Shown here in pieces: positions 10,801-22,738 of a stretch of 64,000 nucleotides of DNA. The translations under genes and the position numbers were made by a program. Origin of the DNA: Thecamonas trahens ATCC 50062 (Eukaryota > Protista > Apusomonadida). A model generated the notes under the pieces. That model saw only the letters and a program-made list of their open reading frames with translations, had not been told where the DNA came from and searched no databases. Within the stretch, counting starts at the first letter, position 1; the number at the start of each line of letters is the position of its first letter. The DNA lies in contig NW_013657674.1 of the NCBI RefSeq assembly GCF_000142905.1, forward strand, positions 156,709 to 220,708, in the 5' to 3' direction.

Positions 10801-12158
10801 AGCGCGCCGCGGACTACGTCGGGGTGCCAACGGAACGAGAGCGAACCCGTCGGAACCGCCCACGAGTTGACAGGCTTGCGAAGAGGAAGCAGTGCCACCA
10901 GGTATGACATGGTCGAGCGTCGATCGGCGTAGTGGATGGCCACCGCCGCCTCAAAGGTGGGACTGACAAAGCCATCACCAAGAAACGAGACGTAGTAGGT
11001 AATGAACGACGCGAGTGGATCGAGAACCACCACTGCGAATGGCCCGGCGCCGGTCGGCACACCTTCCAGTGGGTGAACGAGGCCGCTTGCGGTGGGCATA
11101 CTCGGCTTGGGCACCAGTCTTGCAGCATCGAGCCATCCGAGTTCGTCAAGGTGCGGCGCGTTAAAGTGCAATGGGAGGCCGGGCGAGTACCCGCCGTCGT
11201 GGTTGCCCATAATGGCGGTAGCGTCGCCGTAGTCGGCCGGCGCGCCATCCATGTTGGGTTGGAGCGCCGCGTGCTGGAGCCCCATGTTGTGTCCAAGCTC
11301 ATGGAGGAGGACGTCAACGGCGTCGCACCTGATCGACCATAGTCTGCACCATGCCCCGCACCCAACGTTGCCAAGGCCGTCCCACCCGCACGCGCCGACG
11401 ATGTCGTCGCCATGCGGGAGAAGATATGCCAGGTGCGAGTACGCTGCAAGATTGACACCTGCGTTAGTGGCCGCGGCATCGGCGGCGCGCGCCCACCCGT
11501 CCGGATCGCAGCGGCCTTTCGTGTTGTACGGAATCGGATACGGCCCAAAGACTGCCGGCTTCGGCGCCAGCACCGCCCGCCCGCCCGAGAGCGCGGCCAC
11601 ATGGCCAGCCACCGACCCACGCCCGCCCCACATTACCTCGGCGACCCACTCGGACTTGCACCGGAACGACTCGTCATCGAACGACACCAGGATGACCGCT
11701 AGATTGATGGTCTGGCTGTCGTCAGAGCCGGCATCGCCCGCCAGCTGGCCCTCGCCTCCGCCACAAGGCTCAGCGGTGCCAACAGCCAGGACTTTGCCGT
11801 CGACTACCTCAACCTCTATCCGATACTTGCCCACCGCTGCAGCTTCCAACGCGTCTACCAGCCCAGCTGCCGCACCCAAAGCGAGCCATGTCTCTTCATT
11901 CTGCGGTGAGCACCGGTCGGGCACGAGCGTGTAGTGCCTGGCGGCAGGTGATGCGTCCAGCTGCCCAGCGGCTCGGCGGTGGAGGGTGCCAAGTGAGACA
12001 ACGACGCGGCCGGAGAGACGCAGTCGGCCATACTCGCCCACAGTTGGATGGGTAGAAGGCGCGAAAGAGGCGCCCCTGGCTGCATCCGCGGTGGCGAGGA
12101 CAACCGCCCCGGTGCCAGCGAGCAGCAGCCAATGCAGCAGAATGGCGCTCGCGGGCAT
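7825..12158 (-). CDS. Type I membrane metalloprotease of the gametolysin/peptidase M11 type with beta-sandwich repeats; two ORFs joined by a 47-nt intron (9718-9764) or a frameshift
   Basis: Signal peptide, HELGHNMGLQHA zinc motif, Met-turn YGDATAIMG, C-terminal FN3-like segment and TM (WIALLVLLLGLAGYVLA); GTCCGT..CAG joins QARLK-LVAVDG in frame. Confidence 0.7.
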
Positions 12159-12212
12159 GGGCCGACTTGGGGGAGTTTGGAGAGAAATGGGCGGACTGCA
12201 GTCAGGTTGTTA

Positions 12213-15200
12213 CTAGGTCGGCAGGGAGCTGATATGCGGCGACGAGGTTGGCGAGCTTCCCACCAGCGAGCCGGCGCCGATCGAGCCGAGGCCATGCGGT
12301 GGAGCAGGGACAATGTCGCCTGTGTACGGCGAGAACACAAGTGCGTCGGCGAGTGAGTGGTCGGCCATGGCCGGCGAGCGCGAGCCTGAATCGGAGGACG
12401 AGTCTGAACACGAGTGCGCCAGCGAGCTGCTGCGCTGGGCTCGCTCAGACGATGGCGATGATGATGCCGTCGACGACGAGCTACACGCGCCTATGGCTGC
12501 CCGCAAGCAAGGAAGGGTGTCTGATGACGCCGATTGGGAAGCCGACGCGGGCTCCGCGCTGGGACCGCGGAGTTGCGACCGCGCGCGGATCGAGAGTGAA
12601 GAGAGCTCAACATCACTCGAGCGATCGTGCGAATCGTCATACTGACCGTGTGTGGTAACTCGTCGCGAGCGACCGTGTCCCAAGCCCTGGACCGACCTCG
12701 GCGGCGTTCGGACCGATGCACAGCGAGGTCGGCCCGGCGACGGCGACGCCCGGGATGCCGATCGCTTGCGGGCTGGTATCGGCGAGAGCGAGGCATCTGT
12801 GGGAGTGACGCTCGAGCGACGACGGCGGCGGGAGAACTTTGTTCGCGCACGAGCTTGGCGGCTGCTGAGTCGTGCGGCGAAAACTGAACTCGAGACGGCG
12901 CCTCCAGTCAGGTCTGTTCGGGCCGCGCGTCCGTTGCGGAGCAGATACGAGACGGACTTGTGATTGTGGGCGTCGGCGAGAGGGATCTGGTCGACGGTTT
13001 CGTCGTCATGAACTGTCGGCAGATGAGTTGTATCCGGGAACGATTGCGAGAATTGCAATTGGTACACACCGCCGTTGGGAAAGGTGTTCGCCTGATCGGA
13101 GATATCGTCGTCGTCCGAGCTCTCATCCATCATCGAGGCGTAGAACGGCGAGTCCATTGACGAAACCTCGTCATGCGACGCATACTTGGAGGCGAGCGCA
13201 ATGAGGCCGGTCGAGGTTGGCATCCGCTTGGTTTGCGAGAGCGAGAGTGCAACGGCGTCAGCCACCGATGTGAGCTGCACCAAGTCGCTGTCGGAGCAGA
13301 TGGAGAGGTAGCGCATAAACGCGGCCCGCGAGACCTGCAGCGACTCCAGCAGCGGCGCCATGGACGGGGTGTACGCGATGTGGCGCCGGGCAAAGAGATC
13401 CTTGGTCGAAGACTCAGAGTTGACTGGCTTGTCAGTCGCCAGCCGCCGCAGCTCAAGAAGCATGATGCGCGCCATGAACAAGCACGAGATGATGATGAGC
13501 GTGAGCGAGATGACAACGACAATTTCCCAGACTCCACGGGTGGCAAACCTGTCGATGTAGAAGAGGACGCCACAGAGGAGTAGCAGAAGGTGCATCGAGG
13601 CGAGGAACCAGTCGACTTGGTTGTGCTGCCGCAGCCGGTACGGCGAGTACAGCAGCTGGACCACGATACCAACAAAAAGCACCATGAGCGAGCCCATGGC
13701 CTGGACAAGCGGCGCGGTCGGGAACGAGGCAATGACCACAGAAATAACAAGCTTGCGTCCCATGATGATAAACATCCACCACCGGAATGACCGCTTGAAC
13801 TTGAAGACGACTGAAGAGAAGCGCGACCAAGCCAGGAAGTGCTCATCGTTCATCGTCGGCTCGGTCTTGTGGATCTTGCGAATGCCGTAGAGGAGGACCG
13901 CCGGAAGGCAGACGAGGTAGATGATGCCGGCAACGAGGGTGGTCGGGAAGAGATGCGCCCACCACGCCGACGAGAAGCATTCTATCTGCGGATTGGCGAC
14001 GAGCGTGAGCTGGCCATACGCACCCGACATGCAGCCGACGACTTCAAACAGCGTCGTTACAATGTAAATGAAGAAGATCTCGCAGAAAAGCAGGACCGCG
14101 TTGAACGAGCCGGCCAGAGTGAGCGGAGTATGGACAGTGAGGAACTTGCCGATTGTCTTTCGGAGCCAGGCGTCGATCCGCATACCTGCCGTTGCTGTCG
14201 CCGACCGTAGCACAGCCCGGTGCTGCTCCACAGCCATCAGTGACGGTGCGACTGAATGACAGCTGGCTTCAAGAGAGAGACCATGATAGGATGAAGCGTC
14301 GCATGAAGAAGGTGATAGGCGGCGTAAAAGCCAGCCACAAAGATCGGGACCGCAACACGCAGTGCGTACGAGATCTCGTACGGGACCAAAACCGCACACG
14401 ACGGCGTGAACGCGTCCCAGTCGAGGTTGGCATACGCCATCTGATCAAGCACCGCCTGAGTGGTCGACGGCCAGTTGACGGAGAATGACGCAAAGAGGTC
14501 GGCAAACTGAAGGTACTGGATCCAGATGCCAAACGAGGTGCCGAGGCCAAGTGTCGACCGCAGGTTGTCGTTGACATTCATGTTTGCAATGTAGCGGAGG
14601 ATGAGAAGCGCAATACAGCCAAAGACAATGCCGATGCTGAGCGCGGCCTTGTTCGCCGCCGAGCACTGCTTGCATGTGCCGTGGAGAGAGGCAAAGTAGC
14701 CTATCGGACAGAGTGAACAGAGAGTTCCGACCCGCCCGCCGCCACACACGCCCGGCTCGCCTCCAGGACAGGCCTCGGATTCGATGCACTTGAGGAAGAC
14801 AAGCGGATCCTTGGGTGAAGCCCAGTAGCCCGGCTTGGCATGGGGCACAACCATGCCGCCGGTGCACACGGCGCCGTTCGGGCACGGCACGCACGCAATG
14901 CCGTGAGTCACACTCACGTTGTGCTGATGGGCAGCGTAGACCTGCGGATGATACGATCCTGGCGCACACAAGCACTCAGTGACCTGGGTAGCACCAAGGT
15001 ACGGAGTCCGGGTCAGCGCCGGGCACGTCTCGCATGCTTTCGAGCCCGAGAGAGGTGCGTAGCCAGTGACGTCGCACCGGGCGCACGCAGACGAAGCGTT
15101 TTGGGCTGCAAAGTATCCCGGCGGACAAACAGCACATGACGAGAGGCCATCACGGCCGGAAAAATGGCCAGCCGGGCAGACGTCGCACGCGGTGGCGCCT

Positions 15201-16850
15201 TCGACGGAGGTGGCGGTACCCGCCAGGCACGCGGAGCACGAGATCGATCCCGCGAGCGGCGCAAAGAACCCAACTGGACAGAGCTGACATGAGGTTGAAT
15301 CCCGGGTTGACGAGAACGAGCCAGGTGGACACGGCGTGCACCGCGGCGTCACCCACGAGTCGGGCTCGTAGTCCAGCGCGACCGTGTCGATGAATGAGCC
15401 GGCCGGACAGCCGAGCGTAAAGAGTTCGAGGTCAAAGCCGAACGAGACCTTGTTGCTCGGCTCCTCGATAAAGAGCTCGACAGGCGCATAAGGAAGATCC
15501 AGAGACGGCGGGAGTGTCCGGCCCGAGAAACTGCGCGAGGTTTGACCAGGCGCGTGCGAGGTGACAATGAGTGGTACATCCGGATCGATGTCCATCCAAT
15601 TGATGACGAGGCGGATGCCGTCGCCGGGAGTATTCGGATGGAAGACCCAGGTGCAATTGGCCGAGGGCGCAAGCGGGAGGTGCCGCGGCGTACCGTCGGT
15701 GAGTCGGCCACCAAAGCCGGTACGGACAGCCCGCTCCGCACACCCGTGTTCACACGCCGCGCCGTAGAACGAGTCTGAGCACTCGCACGCCGGGCCTCCG
15801 AGCATCGACGAGCCGGTGCACGAGCCACGGCCAGAGCACGAAGCAATCGGGTCGGCCGGCGAGCAGGCCACAGGCCCACACGGCGGCGCCCACTCGACGA
15901 CAGTCACCAGCGAGTAGCCAACAAGCGACGAGCCCGAAGCGTACACAATGTAAAAGGTGCCTGGATGGACAATCTCAAAGGTTAGCGCACCCGAGTCAAG
16001 CGGCTTGGACGGGATGGAGTTTCGCTCGTTGTTGAGAAACTTGATGTCGGTAAAAGCAAACGTGAAGAGATCCACAACGATGGCAACGCCAGTGTCGGCC
16101 GGGTCGAGATCATCCGGCAGACCAAGGTCGAGGGTAATGACGCCTGGGCAAGAGACCGGCGACTCGGGCGGAAAGTTGACGAGCCCGAGCCCGAATCGAC
16201 CAGAGCAATCGTCGCCGACATATCCTGCATCGCACGTGCAGCCGTGGTACGGTGCGAGCGGAAGCATCTCGCATACCCCATGCCCAGAGCAGTCGTTAAG
16301 TGCGGCGCACGAGGCCGCCGGCACCTTGCACAAAACCTCAAAGGTGATGACGATGGTATCGGCGGCGCCGGTGCTGTCCGCCACCGCCACAAACACCGTT
16401 GCCACCTCTTTGGGTGAGCTTGGGTCAAACGCCGCGGGCGTGGTGTCGGCGCAGTCGATGGAGATGTCAACAAGCGCCGGCGTGCCGGGGGTAAGCGGCG
16501 TCCAGCCATCTGGGGCCACCGCGATGGGGCTCCCCAGCCGACGTGCGAGCCGCTGGTCCACCACGGCGGAGGCTCGGGCCCGCGCGCCAGTCGCCTCGGT
16601 CAACAACGAAAGCGTCACCGTCGAGTCTGGGAGTGCAGCGAGAGAAATGGGCGAGAGACCGGCATTGGTCACCATCGAAGCATTGACCACCGTGATTGTG
16701 GTGGTGTTTGGGTACGTCAGCATGGCCGGGAGCACCACGTCGATGTCGACGCCGACGTTGTTCGCCGCCACCGATAGAGTGAAACAAGCGAGAAAAAAGC
16801 GGCTGAGAAAGTGCGGAGCGGAAAGCGGAACAGGGACACCATTGTCAGCC
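12213..16850 (-). CDS. Large surface receptor-like protein: EGF repeats, CUB domain, Cys-rich GCC2/GCC3 (ephrin-receptor-like) repeats, multi-pass TM region and Ser/Arg-rich tail; frame break near 14250; 5' end unresolved
   Basis: CSGHGVC..CTCDAGYVGDDC, CSGRGSC..CECSDSFYGAAC, CTWVFHP (CUB), repeated CxxCPxGxF; the TM helices continue in ORF 12213-14399. Confidence 0.7.
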
Positions 16851-17554
16851 TACACAAGTGCAGACGCTTGCGTGGCGAGAGAGAGCAACAAGAGGGGAAA
16901 CCTTGCGTGCACGGGCACACACGCCTGGATAGCGGGTCACGTTCCAATGGAGGAAGGTCGGCTCGGGAGAGGGGTGAGGCCACGGGGGTGATTCGGGGCG
17001 AAGCGGGTAGGCGCGCTGACTCAAGTAGGAAACGAGTTGAAAGTGCGGCAAGAAGCGACCTCCACCACCGACCACACACCCTCCAATAACCCACACATCA
17101 TCTCACAGCGATGTCAGAGAGTATACCTCGTCTAGCAAGCATGGAGCAAGCGGGCCTTACATAGGTTATGCGAGACGTTGCGGAAAGTGATCCTGGTGGG
17201 CTCATTGCGGCAGGTGACCACGAAGGCTTGCGGAGGAAACATCTACGTGCACGTGTTAGGCGGAGGCACGCGAGTGTGACAAATTGGCGGAGAGGAAGAA
17301 ACAGCTGAGCCGCTCTTAGCGAGTGACACAAGCCAGGCTGTCCGAGCCACATCCGCATACTCGTCTCCAGTCGCATATCGAGTATGCTTGCCACCCGGCG
17401 ATGGCGGGGCGTGCCATGCCCAGACGCTGACATCTGCGTCCGCCGCCCGCTGTGCCCCTTCCGCCATGTTCCTGCCGAGTCGTCCGCAAGGAGCAGACCG
17501 GGTTCCACGCCGCAACCAACGACGGCAACAGAATCAGCGACGACGACGCTGGGA

Positions 17555-18145
17555 ATGGGCGACGCCGCGCCGCCGCCGATCCGGTATTCGCTTGCCGAGG
17601 AGCGGGCGCGTCTGGCGCAGTCCCGCAAGGCGCGCGAGGCCTCACGAGCTGCCGCTGAGGCAGCCGCGGCGACCGACGAGAGTGGGCGCCGGCAGCGACG
17701 GCCGACGCCTCCACGACCACCGTCGCCTCTCATTGCGGACGCTGCCCCAGCCGGCGAGGGCGAGAAGGCGGCGGCGAAGATTGCTGCATTCCTTCCGCCG
17801 TCACCCGAGCCGGAAGGCGACGATAGCGCTGCGCCGCAGCCGGCGCTGTCCCCCGAGCCTGAGCCGGTGCTCTTCAAGCCGGACGCGCGAGTCATCGCGT
17901 GCAAGTATCCACGGGCACTGCGGGAAAAGTATGTTCGGCTGCTGTTTGAGGCGCTGATGGGCCAAATGGCGGACGCGGTGGCAGGCCTCGACTCGGATAG
18001 GGCCAAGAGAGTCCGCGCCAAGCGGTTTGCGGCGCAGCAGGCGCTGGACATCGAGCGTGCTGCCTACGACGGATCGGTGAGCAAGAACAACTACAAATCG
18101 CTCTGTACCACCCGCATCCTCTTCATTCGCAACCCGCTACGCTAG
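17555..18145 (+). CDS. Protein with a Pro-rich linker and a C-terminal helical domain resembling the pre-nuclease helical region of REXO1/EloA-BP1
   Basis: KYPRALREKYVRLLFEAL...ALDIERAAYDGSVSKNNYKSLC pattern; GC3 codon bias. Confidence 0.55.
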   Translation: MGDAAPPPIRYSLAEERARLAQSRKAREASRAAAEAAAATDESGRRQRRPTPPRPPSPLIADAAPAGEGEKAAAKIAAFLPPSPEPEGDDSAAPQPALSPEPEPVLFKPDARVIACKYPRALREKYVRLLFEALMGQMADAVAGLDSDRAKRVRAKRFAAQQALDIERAAYDGSVSKNNYKSLCTTRILFIRNPLR

Positions 18146-18189
18146 CAGCCAGTCGTGTCCTGCTCTGCACACAGGTAAAGGCGTGTGTG

Positions 18190-19311
18190 TTATTCATGAC
18201 GACGAGCCCAAGGACGACGAGCCGGTCGACGAGCCGGTCGACGAGCCGGACGACGAGCTGGTCGACGAGCCAGTCGACAAGCCCGATGACGACGTAGTCG
18301 ACGAGCCAGACGAGCCGGACGACGACGAGACGACGACGAGCCGACTGCCGCAAAGGTGACCGAGCCCACGTGTCCGCTGGCCTGCCCCCGCTGTTCACGC
18401 CGAGCCCTGCGCGCAGCCTTGCGCTCCATGCGCAGTCGGAGGCGTTCCTCGTCACGCTGCTCAAGGATGATGCTAAGTGCACGCAGCTGCGAGGGTAGGG
18501 TTAGGGTAGGGGTAGGGGGTGAGTGGATGGGAGAGCGGGTAAGGAAGGGCAGGCGAGGGAAAGAGAGGAAGAGAGGGGGGTGGGGGGGGGGGGGGTGGGG
18601 GGGGGTGGGGGTGGGGTGGGGTGGGGGCGTCATGTCCNNNNNNNNNNNNNNNNNNNNNNNNNNNNNNNNNNNNNNNNNNNNNNNNNNNNNNNNNNNNNNN
18701 NNNNNNNNNNNNNNNNNNNNNNNNNNNNNNNNNNNNNTTAAGGGGGGGGGGGGAGTGTGATCAGCTGGCTCACATGCTCAACTATCTCGACCCTGATCAT
18801 GGCGGCCGCGGCGAGCGGCGGCCGGTCGTCGGCCAACCTCTTCACCAAAGACTGTTTACCACACTCACACAGCCGCCGCCACTGCCGTCATTGCCACTAT
18901 AACCTTCATCGGCACCGTTATCGACATCAGTATCGGCATGGGCATGGGCATGGGCATCGGAATAGGAATCGTCATCACCACTTGCAACATCTCTCACGGA
19001 CTTGGACCTGTGCTCTTGCCTCTGCCTCCACTTGCTCCGCCTCCTTCCGCCGCTGCCTCGGCCCGCTCCTTGGCAATCTGCTCAGCGCGCCACTGGAGCC
19101 GCTTCTTGTCGCGGATGGGGCCCTTACGCATGTCCTGCTCTCTCCCTCCCACACCCATGTCGCCCATCCTATGCATGAGTCCACGTGCTATGGCGTGGCG
19201 CCCTTCCTCTCCCCAGCTCACCGTCGACGTACTCTGCGCTCCTGCTGCTGCATGCGGTGGACTTGGAGGACGATCCCTGCCGTGACCACGCCCATGCCCA
19301 CCAGCGCCCAT
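18190..19311 (-). CDS. Hypothetical protein; frame break near 19003; intron 18487-18773 spans the N-gap
   Basis: GTGAGC(18773)..CAG(18487) joins MIRVEIVEH-LRALSIILEQRDEERLR into one continuous helix. Confidence 0.45.
18199..18340. repeat. Imperfect 12-nt tandem repeat (gacgagccggtc)n
   Basis: Directly visible. Confidence 0.8.
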
Positions 19312-19433
19312 CCAGACGCTCGCATGGCTAGCTATCCACCACCGCCTGCTGTTTGATGGCCCGAGTACTCGGCTTCAACTACGATGGGAAGCCGTCAAGG
19401 GCTGGCGACAAGTGGCGTCCCGCCGGCGCGTCA

Positions 19434-20945
19434 TCACTCGACCACTACCGCAAAGGTCGTCACCGCCGGCTGGAGTGCGCGCTCAAAGGCATCGCGAGTA
19501 GGGGCATCCGGTGCGAGCGAGATCGGAATTCGCCCATACACATCGCGGGCCGCCAGATCCGCGCCGGCGCGGCACAGCAGGTAGACAGTGTCTGCCGCGC
19601 CCGCGGCTGCCGCCAGGTGTAGTGGCGTCGACCACTCGTGCTGCTCGGTCGGCGAGATCGGTGCGCCTGCGCGGATGAGCAGTTCGATCACCGCTGGGTG
19701 ACCCGACTCGACTGCCATGTGTAGTGCAGACCGACCGTCTGGCCCGGTCGTGTTGACCGACGCGCCGGCTTGCAGCAATGTGTGGACGACTTCGATGTGT
19801 CCGCGCCGCGCCGCAATCATCAGCGCCGTCATACCCGACGCGTCCTTGCGGTCCAGAAACGCCATGACCAGCTGGTTGCGGTCACGGGTCTCGCGCCAGC
19901 TCTCGCCACCGCTCTTGTCGCCGCGCCACCCACGCCCGCGCACGATCCGCCCGCTGCGGCTCCGCCCATGGATCGACGCCCGCGACCTTGCCTGTGATCG
20001 CGCCCGCATCAGCGCCACAGATCGCGACCGAAACGCGTCCTCACTTGAACTCGGTGCACCTGTCAGCGGCACACCCAATGCCGACGTTGACCGGTCACCG
20101 CCTCTGAGTTGTCCCCGCAACGAGCCGGGCGACGAGCTCTGCGACTGCGACTTTGACTGCGAGCCAGACCGCCGCCCCCGATTGCCATCGTCAGACTTGT
20201 CAAATCCGCTCTCACCGTCACTGCTTCTGCTTGATCCCGGCACAGGGCCAGAGTCCGAGTCAGTGCCCGAGTCGGAGCTACTCGCTCTGCCATCCACTAT
20301 CGGGCTACTCAACACCGAATTGATAAGCAGGCGGACGACGTTGGGCGCCTCGTACGTCGCCGCCACATGCATCGCATCGAGCGGAGACACACCAGCAGCC
20401 CGGGCCTGCTCCGGTGTCAGCGCTGGAAGGATGCGGCCGCGAGTCAACAAGTCCTCCACCGCCTGTGGATCGTCGATGCAGCACGCGTTGGCGTACTCTT
20501 CAAACAGCCGCGAGTGCGAGAGCACCGACGCCGCCCGTGGTCCCGAGCTCAGCAACTCCTCCGACTCGGCCACCAGGATCTTAAAGTTGAGCTCGACCAT
20601 GTCCTCCACCATGCCCTTGTAATACGCCTTGGACTTGGTCGGCATCTGCTCCACCGGTTGGACTGGCCACGCCACCGAGCCCATCCCATCCAGCCCTCCT
20701 CCAGTCTCATATCCCTCGCCATTCCCACGATGATCGTCACGACCATGCCGATGGTGGCGAAGATGGTGGCGGTGGTGTTGGTGATGCTGATGATGGTCTA
20801 CGCCCGCCCGTGCCTTCCGCAGCTGCGGCTCTCCTCCGCCGCCCGTCCTTGCCCACCCACGGCGCCCACCACCACCACCGCCAATGCTACCACCACTACC
20901 ACCACCAGCATCAACCCCCACCCGGCCATGTCTCTTCATGCCCAA
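19434..20945 (-). CDS. Ankyrin-repeat protein with a Ser/Arg-rich insertion; start uncertain
   Basis: GMTALMIAARRGHIEVVHTLL, GRSALHMAVESGH, STPLHLAAAAG. Confidence 0.8.
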   Translation of the reverse strand: MGMKRHGRVGVDAGGGSGGSIGGGGGGRRGWARTGGGGEPQLRKARAGVDHHQHHQHHRHHLRHHRHGRDDHRGNGEGYETGGGLDGMGSVAWPVQPVEQMPTKSKAYYKGMVEDMVELNFKILVAESEELLSSGPRAASVLSHSRLFEEYANACCIDDPQAVEDLLTRGRILPALTPEQARAAGVSPLDAMHVAATYEAPNVVRLLINSVLSSPIVDGRASSSDSGTDSDSGPVPGSSRSSDGESGFDKSDDGNRGRRSGSQSKSQSQSSSPGSLRGQLRGGDRSTSALGVPLTGAPSSSEDAFRSRSVALMRARSQARSRASIHGRSRSGRIVRGRGWRGDKSGGESWRETRDRNQLVMAFLDRKDASGMTALMIAARRGHIEVVHTLLQAGASVNTTGPDGRSALHMAVESGHPAVIELLIRAGAPISPTEQHEWSTPLHLAAAAGAADTVYLLCRAGADLAARDVYGRIPISLAPDAPTRDAFERALQPAVTTFAVVVE

Positions 20946-21303
20946 CCCTCTCCCTCCACGACAAGTGGCTGCTGCCCCTCTCCGCCCCCAGCCTACAACC
21001 GTTACTCCTCTCCACCCCCTTCCTCACCCGGCCCGCCCGACCTACTGGNNNNNNNNNNNNNNNNNNNNNNNNNNNNNNNNNNNNNNNNNNNNNNNNNNNN
21101 NNNNNNNNNNNNNNNNNNNNNNNNNNNNNNNNNNNNNNNNNNNNNNNNNNNNNNNNNNNNNNNNNNNNNNNNNNNNNNNNNNNNNNNNNNNNNNNNNNNN
21201 NNNNNNNNNNNNNNNATTCGAGACACTACTCCCACCCCCTCCCTCCCCCACCCCCCCCCCCCACCCCCCCCACCCACACACACACAGACACACTACACAG
21301 ACC

Positions 21304-22485
21304 ATGTCATTCACCCACAAGTCGGTCGTCTCAAACTCAGGGGCCGCGTTCTCCTCCCGCTCGGCCTGGCGCAAGGCCCACGGCCTACCGGCCACTCGTC
21401 GGCCACCACGGAAGAGCCCAAAGCCATCGTCGTTGTCATCGTCACCACTGCCGTCAGCTGGGCAAAACGCCTCGCCACCAAGACATCCGCCAGGCTCAGT
21501 CGCCTCGCCGTACACTGCGGGAGGTTCCCGCTCGCCACTGCGGGCAGTGGGTGCTGCTGCTGCCGCCGCCGCCGCCGCCGACGCCGCTGCAGCATCCTCT
21601 CGGTCACCGGTTATCAAGCCGTCGCCCAAGGCTGACGCTGTAGCGTTGACGCTTTGCGATACGCTGCTCCGCCATGTGCAGCCGATGTCGCCGCTGCTCC
21701 CGCTGATGCACTCGCTTGGCCCGCACATTGTGGCCCAACTCGCCGTCTTGCGGACTCGGCTCTCACCACTGGAGAAGGACGTGTGGGACGAGGCGGTCGA
21801 CGATCTGGTCGACGTGCTCAACGATCCCGCCTTTCTCGTGCCGAGTCCGCCACGCACGCGCTTTGAAGCTGCCGCGCTACCGCTTGCAGACGACATTGTG
21901 CTCGATATCGACCAGGCTCCGCCAGCTCGCAAGGTCTCGTTCAGCCGCCGCCCACCACCCGCACCGCTTGCTGCTCTCCGGCGCGAATCGCCGCTTCGCT
22001 CTTCGAGCTCCGAGCCGGCCATGGCCACTTCCCATGCCCGAGGCAAGAACCAGATCCTCCAGCTTGAAGGCCGCATCATGCTCCAGCTCAACAAGATCCG
22101 TGCCCACGAGCGCGAGCTCCTCGAGCTTCGTACCCTCTTTGAGGACATCGTCAACACCGAGTCGGGGCTTGCCACCCGGCTCTCTCGAGACAACTCTGCT
22201 CTCTCGGACCGCCTCATGTACCTCACTGCTGCCACGCAGGACAAGGCCGCCGCCGCCGAAGAGCATGTCAATGAGCTTCGCACCCTCGAGGCCTCCCGCG
22301 CCCGTCTCCTGGCCAAGATCCAGCACCTCGAACAGCGTATCGGCGAAAAGTACGCCGCAGAGCTTGCCCGCCGCGCTGCAGAGGACGAGTACGCCCACCG
22401 CGCCGCCCTCGACGCCGCCAACTCGTCCGCTGACCACCTGTTCTTCTGGCAGCGCCACGAGCGGTCCGTCATCGACAACCTCTGA
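21304..22485 (+). CDS. Hypothetical coiled-coil protein
   Basis: ATG after a C/CA-rich leader, strong codon bias, C-terminal heptad repeats. Confidence 0.65.
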   Translation: MSFTHKSVVSNSGAAFSSRSAWRKAHGLPATRRPPRKSPKPSSLSSSPLPSAGQNASPPRHPPGSVASPYTAGGSRSPLRAVGAAAAAAAAADAAAASSRSPVIKPSPKADAVALTLCDTLLRHVQPMSPLLPLMHSLGPHIVAQLAVLRTRLSPLEKDVWDEAVDDLVDVLNDPAFLVPSPPRTRFEAAALPLADDIVLDIDQAPPARKVSFSRRPPPAPLAALRRESPLRSSSSEPAMATSHARGKNQILQLEGRIMLQLNKIRAHERELLELRTLFEDIVNTESGLATRLSRDNSALSDRLMYLTAATQDKAAAAEEHVNELRTLEASRARLLAKIQHLEQRIGEKYAAELARRAAEDEYAHRAALDAANSSADHLFFWQRHERSVIDNL

Positions 22486-22738
22486 TCTTTGATCACTCAC
22501 CGCCGACTGCCGTCAGTCACCTGCCGCTTGCCACTTGCCACTTGCCACCTGTCGCCTGCCACCTGTTGTCGGGTGTGCCGATGCGTGCAAACGAGTGAAT
22601 TCGCTCGAAAACCCCACCCACGACACCAGCCTCCGTCACCACCACCGCCCCTCGCCCTCCCTCTCCCTCCCTTGCTCCCCCGCTCCCTCCCTCGCTCCCT
22701 CCCCACTCTGACATTCCACTCTCCGGCACCCCTTAACC

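Noticed and set aside
18493-18520. Telomere-like GGGTAGGGTTAGGGTAGGGG
   Set aside because: Only one perfect TTAGGG; it lies in the C-rich 3' end of a minus-strand intron
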